A DNA stretch of 32,000 nt from Longivirga aurantiaca (lineage in GTDB: Bacteria; Actinomycetota; Actinomycetes; S36-B12; CAIYMF01). The position numbers and the translations under genes are program-made. The stretch covers positions 1 through 32,000 of the forward strand of contig NZ_JBHSTI010000058.1 of assembly GCF_042660085.1 (NCBI RefSeq), in the 5' to 3' direction. Position 1 is the first letter of the stretch; every line of letters begins with the position of its first letter. Shown in pieces: positions 24,601 through 32,000 of this stretch. Under the pieces are notes generated by a model. That model did no database searches and had not been told where the DNA came from. It saw nothing but the letters and a program-made list of their open reading frames with translations.

Positions 24601-25566
24601 TCAGGCCGATTCGATCTCGGGGAACACCCAGCCGCCGTCGAGGACCTCGGGTCTGGGTCGGTAGAGGCGCACGGTGTAGTTCCAGCCGTCCATGATCCGC
24701 AGACAGTTGGGGCGCCCGTCGCCGCAGCCGCCGAAGTGCACGACGACGGAGCCGTCGTCCTCCACCTGCGCGGTGAACTGGTTCACGCTGCAGCCGCCTT
24801 CGTCGCTGGCCTCGAAGAAGCCGTCGGCGTTGTAGACGGAGAGGGACCAGAACGCGTCGACGGGCACGTCGCGGACCACGAGCCGGTACTCGCCGACGGG
24901 CAATCCGGGGTCGACGGTGAGGTAGTGGGCCTCGGTGTCGGGAAGGCCGCCCCACCCGATGGCTGTGCCGATGAGGTGCCGTACCGGGTCCACGTCGTCC
25001 TTGCGGCCGAACATGCCGGTCGCGCCGTCCACGGTCCGGCCCAGCGCGAGCAGTGCGGCCCGGACGCTGTCGAAGGAGGCCTGGTCGTAGCTCGGCATGG
25101 CGAGCGGCACACTGGACGCCGCGACCACGCTCAGCCCGTCCTGGACGGCGTTCGCGGAAGCCACGTCAGCGGCGTCGGCCGGGTCGGCCAGGACGCGCGC
25201 AACCAGGGTGACGTAGCGCGTGCCGTGGTCGGCCTGTTGGAGACGGTGCTGGCCGGCGTCGTGCAGCACCTGGTTGATGTAGTGGTCGGCGTTGACGACC
25301 GCGACGGACAGGTAGCGCCCGGAGCTGTCGGGGACGGTGACGGTGGCGCCGTCGGCGAGGTCGACGACGGCGAAGCTGTAGAGGGTGTCGCGGTTCATCC
25401 GGACGACGGTCTGCTGGTCCAGCGGCGTGGGGACCCGGACGTGGTGGAAGCGGTTGATGCCGCCACCGCCGGCCATCAGGTTGGTCATCATCCGGGCGGT
25501 CTCGGCCGCGACGAAGTTGTCGACGCTGACCTTGATCGCGGCGCCCGCTGGTGTGGTCACGACCAC
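24601..25566 (-). CDS. DUF1254/DUF1214-type domain protein
   Basis: '[51 protein letters not shown]...[13 protein letters not shown]...[24 protein letters not shown]'. Confidence 0.75.
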   Translation of the reverse strand: MVVTTPAGAAIKVSVDNFVAAETARMMTNLMAGGGGINRFHHVRVPTPLDQQTVVRMNRDTLYSFAVVDLADGATVTVPDSSGRYLSVAVVNADHYINQVLHDAGQHRLQQADHGTRYVTLVARVLADPADAADVASANAVQDGLSVVAASSVPLAMPSYDQASFDSVRAALLALGRTVDGATGMFGRKDDVDPVRHLIGTAIGWGGLPDTEAHYLTVDPGLPVGEYRLVVRDVPVDAFWSLSVYNADGFFEASDEGGCSVNQFTAQVEDDGSVVVHFGGCGDGRPNCLRIMDGWNYTVRLYRPRPEVLDGGWVFPEIESA

Positions 25567-26219
25567 GGGTCGAAGCTGCCGACGCCGTCGATGAGGCCCT
25601 GGTACATGTTCGCCAGGTCATCCGGAACGATGTTGGCGACCCCGTCGGTGGTGATCGCGAAGTCGCGGTCCAGCGTCACGGTGCGGTAGGTCCAGCCCTC
25701 CGGGAGGTCGAGGCGGTCTCCGAGCGTGGCCAGCCCGTCCACGGTGAGGTCGGGTGACTTGGCGTTGGTGTAGGTCTGCATCACCCAGGTGACGTCGTCG
25801 GGTGAGCGCAGCAGGTGGACCTGGCGCCCGGCATTGAACTCCCAGACGTTGGTGCGGTGGATCTGCTGGGGCTGGTACGCAAGGGACGACTGGTCCCGGG
25901 TCGGGTCGAAGCCGGCTGGCATGTGCATCTTGGCGAGCAGGTTGAAGTCGACGCCGCCGAGGGTGGCCGGCTCCCCGACGATGTCGATGGTCAGCGCGTC
26001 CATCAGCCAGAAGCGGCGCGGGTTCTTCCACACCAGGTCGCACCCGTACTCGACGCGCAGCTTGTCGACGTCGATCGCGGCGAACGCCTCGTCCGGGCAC
26101 GGGCCTCGCCCTGTGGTGTTGTACACAAGAGCGTCGTAGCCACCGTCAGCCTCGGTGAGCAGGAAGATCTCACCCTGCGGATAGTCGTGCAGGCCCTCGA
26201 CGCGGATTGTCTCAGTCAT
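25557..26219 (-). CDS. Conserved hypothetical protein, translationally coupled to the DUF1254-like gene
   Basis: 220-aa ORF '[39 protein letters not shown]...'; overlaps the downstream ORF by 10 nt. Confidence 0.7.
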   Translation of the reverse strand: MTETIRVEGLHDYPQGEIFLLTEADGGYDALVYNTTGRGPCPDEAFAAIDVDKLRVEYGCDLVWKNPRRFWLMDALTIDIVGEPATLGGVDFNLLAKMHMPAGFDPTRDQSSLAYQPQQIHRTNVWEFNAGRQVHLLRSPDDVTWVMQTYTNAKSPDLTVDGLATLGDRLDLPEGWTYRTVTLDRDFAITTDGVANIVPDDLANMYQGLIDGVGSFDPWS

Positions 26220-26413
26220 GCCTGAACGCTACGCCGCTCCGTGGAGGCGATGCGCGCTCACGTCACGATCCGAGCTCACCGCGATCTGCGCGTTGGGTGA
26301 CGTGAGGTGCGCGCCATTCCGACTGCTGCTGCGCAACGCGCCATGCGCAGTCGTAGTGTCCGTTCGGGACGTGCATCCCCGTCCGCAGCTGACCTGAGTG
26401 GAGGCGGTGAGCG

Positions 26414-28135
26414 ATGCCCGCGCGAAGCCCGCTGCTGCTCGCATCGCTGCGCGGCTACCGCCGGCCGTGGTTGACCGCGGACCTGCTGGCCGGGATGTCG
26501 GTGTGGGCCGTGCTCGTGCCCGAGTCGCTGGCCTACGCGACCATCGCGGGCGTACCCCCGGTCGTCGGCTTGTACGCCGCCGTGCCGGCGCTCGTGCTCT
26601 ACGCAGTGCTCGGGTCCTCCCGACACCTGGTCGTGGCGACCATGTCCGCCACCGCGGCCCTGTCCGCCAGTGTTGTCGCCGTCTATGCGCGCCCGGGCTC
26701 CGGGGACTACGTCGCGATCACGGCGATGCTGGCCATCGTCACGGGCGTGCTCGGCGTTGTCGCCGGGCTGTGCCGACTGGGGTTCCTCGCCACGTTCATC
26801 TCCGAGCCCGTGCTCCGGGGCTTCATCGTCGGTCTTGCGCTGACCATCATCGCCGGGCAGCTGCCCGCGCTGTTCGGAGTGCCCAAGGAGGCCGGCGACT
26901 TCTTCGAGCAGATGGCTGGCCTGCTAAGGCAGCTCGCCCACTCCAACGCCGCGACGCTCGGCGTCGGGCTCGTCAGCCTCGCAGTTGTGCTCGGCTGCCG
27001 GCTCTGGCTGCCACGGCTGCCCGGTTCGCTGATCGCGGTGCTGCTCGGCGTCGCCGCAGTGCCGCTGCTCGACCTCGTCGACCGCGGCGTGGCGATCGTC
27101 GGACCGATCCAGGCCGGTCTTCCCACCCTCGGAATCCCCAGCGGACACGGCCTGGCCGACTACCTCGGGCTGGTGTCGGCAGCCGCCGGCATCCTGCTCC
27201 TCGGCTTCGTCGAGGGCCTCGGACCCGCCAAGGCCTACGCCGCGCGGGAGGGCCTCGAGATCGACGCGAACCGCGAGCTGATCGGGGTGGGCGCGGCCAA
27301 CATCGGCGCCGGGATCACAGCGGGCATGGTCGTGAACGGCACACTGGCCAAGACCGCGGTCAACGTCAACGCCGGAGCCAAGAGCCAGGTCTCCGGACTC
27401 ACGGCCGCCTCGCTGACGATCATCACGCTGCTGTTCCTCACGGGCTTGTTCGAGAACCTGCCCGAGGCCACCCTCGCCGCCATCGTGATCGCCGCCGTCA
27501 TCGAGCTGGTGAACATCCCGGCGCTCGTCCGGCTCTACCGCGTCTGGACCGGGCATCTGGGCCGGATCTACGGCTGGGCCGCCCGCGCCGACTTCATCGC
27601 CGCCCTCGCCGCGCTGCTCGGCGTGCTCGTCTTCGACACGCTGCCGGGCCTGTTCATCGGCATCGTGGTCTCGATCCTGCTGCTGCTCTACCGCGCGTCA
27701 CGCCCGCAGGTGGCCACCCTTGCGAGCACCGCCACGACCGACGGCCGCGACCACATCTGGGTCGATGCCGCACGCCACCCCGACCTCCCCGTCCGCGACG
27801 ACGTCCTCGTCGTCCGCGTCGAGTCCGGGCTCTTCTTCGCCAATGCCGACAACGTCCGCACCGCCATCCGGGACCGCATCACGCCCACCACGACGGCTGT
27901 CGTCCTCGACGCCTCCACCACCCCGGCCATCGACGTGTCGGCCACCGAGATGCTCGCCCAGCTCGCCGGCGACCTGCGCCGCGACGGCATCGCACTGCTC
28001 ATCGCGCACGGGATCGGCCAGGTCCGCGACGTCCTGCGACGTGCTGGTGCCGAGCAGGACGTCCTTCAAGCCCTGTACGACACCGTCGACGAGGCCGTCG
28101 CCGCGGCACCCCCCGAGCGCGTCCCAGGCACGTAG
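26414..28135 (+). CDS. SulP family inorganic anion transporter with C-terminal STAS domain
   Basis: 573 aa 'LTADLLAGMSVWAVLVPESLAYATIAGVPPVVGLYAAVPALVLYAVLGSSRHLVV...GLTAASLTIITLLFLTGLFENLPEATLAAIVI...TTAVVLDASTTPAIDVSATEML'. Confidence 0.93.
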   Translation: MPARSPLLLASLRGYRRPWLTADLLAGMSVWAVLVPESLAYATIAGVPPVVGLYAAVPALVLYAVLGSSRHLVVATMSATAALSASVVAVYARPGSGDYVAITAMLAIVTGVLGVVAGLCRLGFLATFISEPVLRGFIVGLALTIIAGQLPALFGVPKEAGDFFEQMAGLLRQLAHSNAATLGVGLVSLAVVLGCRLWLPRLPGSLIAVLLGVAAVPLLDLVDRGVAIVGPIQAGLPTLGIPSGHGLADYLGLVSAAAGILLLGFVEGLGPAKAYAAREGLEIDANRELIGVGAANIGAGITAGMVVNGTLAKTAVNVNAGAKSQVSGLTAASLTIITLLFLTGLFENLPEATLAAIVIAAVIELVNIPALVRLYRVWTGHLGRIYGWAARADFIAALAALLGVLVFDTLPGLFIGIVVSILLLLYRASRPQVATLASTATTDGRDHIWVDAARHPDLPVRDDVLVVRVESGLFFANADNVRTAIRDRITPTTTAVVLDASTTPAIDVSATEMLAQLAGDLRRDGIALLIAHGIGQVRDVLRRAGAEQDVLQALYDTVDEAVAAAPPERVPGT

Positions 28136-28402
28136 GACGACCGGGTGCCCGTCGACCGTCAGGTGCAGCGAGGCAGGGACTGTCTCCCGCCACGGTCGGC
28201 GGTCATGAGCTCGATGCTCGCAGGCTCGGACGACGGATCCGGGCCGTATCGCCAGCACCGAGCACGGAGACACTCGCGCGGGATTGCACCGGACGAGTGC
28301 GCGATCGGTGCCGTCGCCGCGGGTGAGGTTCGTGAGCCTTCCTGACGGAGGGCCCGCGACAACCGGACGTCCCCGACCCGGACGGGACGGGGCTTCGAGC
28401 GG

Positions 28403-28447
28403 AGCGGGTGACGGGAATCGAACCCGCACTGTCAGCTTGGGAAGCTG
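28403..28447 (-). tRNA. 3' fragment of tRNA-Gly (anticodon CCC); attachment-site remnant, not a functional tRNA
   Basis: Minus strand CAGCTTCCCAAGCTGACAGTGCGGGTTCGATTCCCGTCACCCGCT carries the anticodon loop, T-arm and 3' acceptor strand; the D-arm and 5' acceptor half are absent beyond 28447. Confidence 0.85.
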
Positions 28448-28504
28448 TAGGCAGGCTGGACTTGTAGGGTGCTGACCTGCAGTTATACACATCTGCGATC
28501 CTTG

Positions 28505-28524
28505 CGTGGGCTACACGTGGGCTA
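28505..28524. repeat. Direct repeat CGTGGGCTA x2 (11-bp period), possible integrase arm-type sites
   Basis: 28505-28513 and 28516-28524, between the tRNA fragment and the integrase start. Confidence 0.5.
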
Positions 28525-28569
28525 ACCTAAGGGCGAGTAGAGGTGCTCGTCAGACCCTGAGGGGGCGAG

Positions 28570-29775
28570 GTGGCGACAACGGCGGGGGCCGCCAAGCGGA
28601 AGAGATCGTCGGCCTTCGGGACGGTAGAGCAACTGCCGTCCGGGAGGTTCCGAGTCCGTTGGCAAGACGACAACGGACGTCGTGTCACCGCACCGCACAC
28701 CTTCGCGACCAAGTCGGACGCGCGGCGCTACCTCGCCACGGTGGAGGCCGATCGCATCCGCGGGACCCTCGGAGCCCGACGGCAGGTCAGCGAAAACTTG
28801 AGCACCTACGGGAGCGCCTGGATCGCACAGAGGCCGCAGATCAAAGACTCCACCCGCCACCAATACGACATCGACTTCCGGCTTCACATCGAGCCGTTGC
28901 TCGGCCAGCTTCGCCTCATCGAGATCGACGCGGAGGCTGTGCGCCGCTGGCACGCGGATGAGTCACTCAGGCTGCGGGAGGAACTGGCTGGATCGGGACG
29001 GTCCGGCGCGGCAACCGTCGCGCGTGCGTACCGGCTGCTCAGGTCCATCCTGCAGACGGCAGTCGACGACGAGATCCTCGGTCGAAACCCGTGCCGGATC
29101 TCAGGCGGCGGAGACGCCCGTTCGACGGAGCGGCCGGTCCTCTCCGCTGAGGAGATCGGGTGGTTGGCCGAAGCGGTGCCCGGGCGGTACCGAGCCTTCG
29201 TGCTCGTCGCTGGTTTCACCGGACTGCGCGCCGGCGAGATTGCGGCTTTGCGCATTGCCGACCTCAACCTGCGATCCGGCAAGGGGAGCGTCACGGTGAA
29301 TCGTCGCTTCTATCGCGTCGGAGGTGCCATCACCGTCGACACTCCCAAATCGCGGGTCGGTGCCCGCGTGGTTGCACTTCCGACCTTCGTCGCCACGGAG
29401 CTGCGTGCTCACCTCAATGCCTACAGGCCCAGCGCGGATGGTGCTGATCTGGTCTTTGTCACAGCCGGAGGCCGCGACGTCATCGACGGCTACTCCCAGG
29501 TGCTGCGCCGGGGCCTCAACCGAATCGGCCGCAGCGACGCGCGAGCGCACGACCTCCGTCATTCGGCGTTGACGTCCGCAGCCGAGCACGGGGCGACCCT
29601 GGCAACGCTGATGCAGATGGCCGGGCACTCGACGCCGGCGGCGGCGCAGCGGTACCAGCATGCGACGCTCGAGCACGCGCGTCGAGTGGCCGCGGCGATG
29701 GACAAATCGGCAGCGGGATTCGTCTCGCGTAGCGGGAGCAAGAGCAAGGCTTCAGGACCCGCCGACAGCACCTGA
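28570..29775 (+). CDS. Tyrosine recombinase/integrase
   Basis: 401 aa with N-terminal arm-binding-like domain 'RWQDDNGRRVTAPHTFATKSDARRYLATVEADRIRG' and catalytic 'VAGFTGLRAGEIAALRIADL' plus 'HDLRHSALTSAAEHGATLATLMQMAGHSTPAAAQRYQHA'. Confidence 0.95.
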   Translation: MATTAGAAKRKRSSAFGTVEQLPSGRFRVRWQDDNGRRVTAPHTFATKSDARRYLATVEADRIRGTLGARRQVSENLSTYGSAWIAQRPQIKDSTRHQYDIDFRLHIEPLLGQLRLIEIDAEAVRRWHADESLRLREELAGSGRSGAATVARAYRLLRSILQTAVDDEILGRNPCRISGGGDARSTERPVLSAEEIGWLAEAVPGRYRAFVLVAGFTGLRAGEIAALRIADLNLRSGKGSVTVNRRFYRVGGAITVDTPKSRVGARVVALPTFVATELRAHLNAYRPSADGADLVFVTAGGRDVIDGYSQVLRRGLNRIGRSDARAHDLRHSALTSAAEHGATLATLMQMAGHSTPAAAQRYQHATLEHARRVAAAMDKSAAGFVSRSGSKSKASGPADST

Positions 29776-29997
29776 TGGCTCGACAGTCCCCGCAGCGATG
29801 AAGGCGTCCAGATCTCTCCGGTCGATCCTGACGTACCTCCCGATCTTGTAGAACCGGATGCGACGCTCGGCGACGAGCCGTCGAACGAATCGCACCGGCG
29901 TGCCCAGTGCTAGCGCGGCTGTCTCGACGTCCAGAAGCGCGTCGGACGTCGTCGCATCACGCGCCCTGGTCTCCACGTTCGGCACGTCGCCTCCCAC
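29752..29997 (-). CDS. Excisionase-family / AlpA-like HTH DNA-binding protein
   Basis: 81 aa 'LLDVETAALALGTPVRFVRRLVAERRIRFYKIGRYVRIDRRDLDAFIAAG'; convergent with and overlapping the integrase 3' end. Confidence 0.85.
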   Translation of the reverse strand: MGGDVPNVETRARDATTSDALLDVETAALALGTPVRFVRRLVAERRIRFYKIGRYVRIDRRDLDAFIAAGTVEPSGAVGGS

Positions 29998-30343
29998 TCA
30001 AGCGGTCTGCATCAAGATGCGCGGTCGAGTGACTCGAGCGGTGACCGACGTGTCCAGATAGCGAGCCTGGTCGACGAACTTACGGCGGTGCTTGCAGCGC
30101 GCGCCGAGGTTCCTAGCAATTCGGCGTTGCGCACGTGCACCCAGCTGCAGAGAACCGCGGTGGCCACCCACCCAACCTGCGGCCAATTCCCCGCAGGTGG
30201 GCGACGGGACCGACCGGCTGTGGCTCGACAGGAGCCCTCGCACATCTTCATGCGACGGCGTGTTGTCCCCAACCTCGTCCACCGCCGCTGGGTGCGCGCT
30301 CGCCGTAGGTGGACTCTTCCCGCTGGCCTAAAGGAGGCATCGC

Positions 30344-30727
30344 ATGACTGCACTGGATTCGTCGGCTCCAGTTCGGCTCTGGGGGGCTCTGGCGTCCAGC
30401 CTGACGGAGCTGTATCGCCGCACGTTGACCGCGTCGGCGATGCGGGACGACACCGAGGCCATCGTGGTGGCGATCGGCCTGCGGGAGGCGCTGGAACGCA
30501 TCGCCGACCTGACGGCGCCCGACCCAGGCTCGCCGCTTCCCGTGGCGACCTCCGGCGACTCGAGCCACGACGCGGGCAGGTGGGTGCGAGGCGGACGAGT
30601 GGCGATCACGGAGCTGCTCGCTGTCCCCGTCGTGCATGACGTCGCGCCGACGGACCTGCTTTTGCTGGCCCGGGTGGCGCACCTGCTAGGGCGGGCGGAG
30701 GACGTCCTGGCCGAGGCCGCGGCGTGA
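30344..30727 (+). CDS. Hypothetical protein, element cargo
   Basis: 127 aa ATG ORF preceded by a strong Shine-Dalgarno (AAAGGAGG, then GCATCGC). Confidence 0.65.
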   Translation: MTALDSSAPVRLWGALASSLTELYRRTLTASAMRDDTEAIVVAIGLREALERIADLTAPDPGSPLPVATSGDSSHDAGRWVRGGRVAITELLAVPVVHDVAPTDLLLLARVAHLLGRAEDVLAEAAA

Positions 30728-32000
30728 CAACCCCAGCTTCAGCGGGTGCCACCTACGGGGAGCTCATGCACGCTGCGACCCGGCATGTCGCGTGGGCGGC
30801 GATGACCGTGAGCACCGAACGCTTCTCCGACCGTGCCGCAGCGTTCAGCGCCCTCGACGCTCATCGCGCGGTGCTGGTGGCCGCGGGCGGGCATCTGCTG
30901 TTCCTGGCTGGCGGGCTGCACCGTGGCGAAGGGCTGGTGTCGGCGCCGGACCAGTCGGACCGGCCTGCGTTGGCGCTGGCCCGGGCACTGCAATCGCTGC
31001 AGGCCCGCGACGTGGCCGACCGAGATCAGGGCCGTGGCGGGCCGGCGCAGTCCTGGGTCGCTGCCGTGAAGGCATTGGGCGCGGCCCGGGACCTGGTCGC
31101 CACACACCGGGATGCCCGGGGCGCGGACCGCACCCCGGACGCTGGCGTCTTGGACGACGGCGCCGAACGCGCAGCCGGGTACCTGCTGGTCGCCGACCTC
31201 GTCGACACGGTCGCCGCTGCAGACCGTGACCTGGCGCTGCGCGCCGCCCAGGCCGGCATCGCATGGTCGAAGGTCGAACGCGCGATGCCCGGCCTGACCC
31301 GGGTGAGTGAGGCAGTGCGGGTGCTGCGCATGCAGGCCGCCTACCCCGCCTCGGGCGCTGCTCGCCTCGCCCGCCTCCCCTTGGCCCGGCCGGGCGTCAC
31401 CTCGCCCACGCCAGCCGGTGCGCTGCTGCAACGCACCGACCGGCTGCGTCTCGGGGCCTGGACGCTGGCGCGGCATCCGCGGCGCGCCAACGCTGCGGAC
31501 CTGGTCGAGTACGCCGCAGCAGCGGCCATCCTGCACACCCACCTCGCTGCGCACGCTTCCGCCCTGGAGGATCCCGCCCTGGCCGGGGCGTGGTCGCAGC
31601 AGCGCACGGCTTGGGTCGACCAGCACCGACTGCTCGCCAGGTTCACCAGCGGCACCCCCGCGACCCTGGGCTTGCGGGCCGACGTCGCGGCGCTGCCCGC
31701 CTCCGCGGCGATCGCCCTTCCTCTGACTCGTGACGCCGCCGGGATTCGCGCCTTCGGCGCGGCGCAGCTCAGCCCCGCGCTGATGCTGGAGCTATCCGCA
31801 GCCTGCACCGATCTCGCGGTCACGAACCAGACGACGCTGCGCGCCCTGCTCGATCGGGACGCTCTGTTCATTGATGCCCGCTACCTGACCGGCGACCAGG
31901 TCACCGACCACACCGACCTGATCGAGGCCAAGATGGCCGGGCGGTACGTCCCCGCCGCTGCAAGCGACTTGGCGCCCGCCCTCGCCGGCTACACATCGCT
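30724..32000 (+). CDS. Large hypothetical protein, element cargo, 3' end beyond the window
   Basis: GTG at 30724 overlaps the preceding stop (GTGA). Manual translation is open to the window end: 'VTTPASAGATYGELMHAATRHVAWAAMTVSTERFSDRAAAFSALDAHRAVLVAAGGHLLFLAGG...LLDRDALFIDARYLTGDQVTDHTDLIEAKMAGRYVP...'. Not in the supplied ORF track. Confidence 0.75.
   Translation, partial: MTTPASAGATYGELMHAATRHVAWAAMTVSTERFSDRAAAFSALDAHRAVLVAAGGHLLFLAGGLHRGEGLVSAPDQSDRPALALARALQSLQARDVADRDQGRGGPAQSWVAAVKALGAARDLVATHRDARGADRTPDAGVLDDGAERAAGYLLVADLVDTVAAADRDLALRAAQAGIAWSKVERAMPGLTRVSEAVRVLRMQAAYPASGAARLARLPLARPGVTSPTPAGALLQRTDRLRLGAWTLARHPRRANAADLVEYAAAAAILHTHLAAHASALEDPALAGAWSQQRTAWVDQHRLLARFTSGTPATLGLRADVAALPASAAIALPLTRDAAGIRAFGAAQLSPALMLELSAACTDLAVTNQTTLRALLDRDALFIDARYLTGDQVTDHTDLIEAKMAGRYVPAAASDLAPALAGYTS

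Larger units (their letters stand above)
28403..32000. mobile_element. One end of an integrative element inserted at tRNA-Gly(CCC); continues beyond the window
   Basis: tRNA 3' fragment at the boundary, adjacent integrase and Xis-like gene, uncharacterised cargo. Confidence 0.8.

Noticed and set aside
24241-25689. 482-aa plus-strand ORF
   Set aside because: Begins in a terminator-like hairpin and is mostly antisense to the DUF1254-like gene; no recognisable domain.
28403-28530. A complete tRNA gene
   Set aside because: Minus-strand sequence upstream of the anticodon arm (…GCACCCTACAAGTCCAGCCTGCCTA) gives no D-arm or 5' acceptor strand complementary to CACCCGC, so only a 3' fragment is present.
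1-32000. CRISPR array or rRNA operon
   Set aside because: No regularly spaced 20-40 bp repeats and no rRNA signature sequence seen by eye; only short repeats as listed.

Overview
This is a high-GC actinobacterial segment with three parts. (A) Positions ~1-15300 are chromosomal catabolism genes. They include a methyltransferase, a MarR/DoxX pair, and a gamma-glutamyl-amide style module (catabolic glutamine synthetase-like enzyme, two class-I amidotransferase-like proteins, a MarR regulator with an N-terminal Cys cluster, an APC permease). That module is contiguous with homoprotocatechuate meta-cleavage-type genes (HpaE-like aldehyde dehydrogenase, class III extradiol dioxygenase, FAH-family enzyme) and is followed by a luciferase-like oxidoreductase and ppc. 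I found six related 14-bp operator-like palindromes (consensus about GTTCG-N4-CGAAC) upstream of the glutamine synthetase, amidotransferase, MarR, hydrolase/ALDH and permease genes. They look like one undescribed regulon. (B) Positions ~15300-28400 carry a single ~1377-aa ORF that fuses a DabB/NuoL-like membrane domain to a DabA (DUF2309/UPF0753) domain with its Zn-ligand motifs intact. It has a divergent small wHTH gene and a palindromic operator inside a probably leaderless promoter. Downstream are a two-component system, a subtilase beside a truncated glutaminase remnant, a DUF1254/DUF1214-type pair and a SulP transporter. (C) From ~28400 the window enters an integrative element: a 45-nt 3' fragment of tRNA-Gly(CCC), a tyrosine integrase, an Xis-like HTH protein and uncharacterised cargo, including a long ORF open at the window edge that is absent from the supplied track. 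Family assignments come from recognised motifs only; no database search was run.
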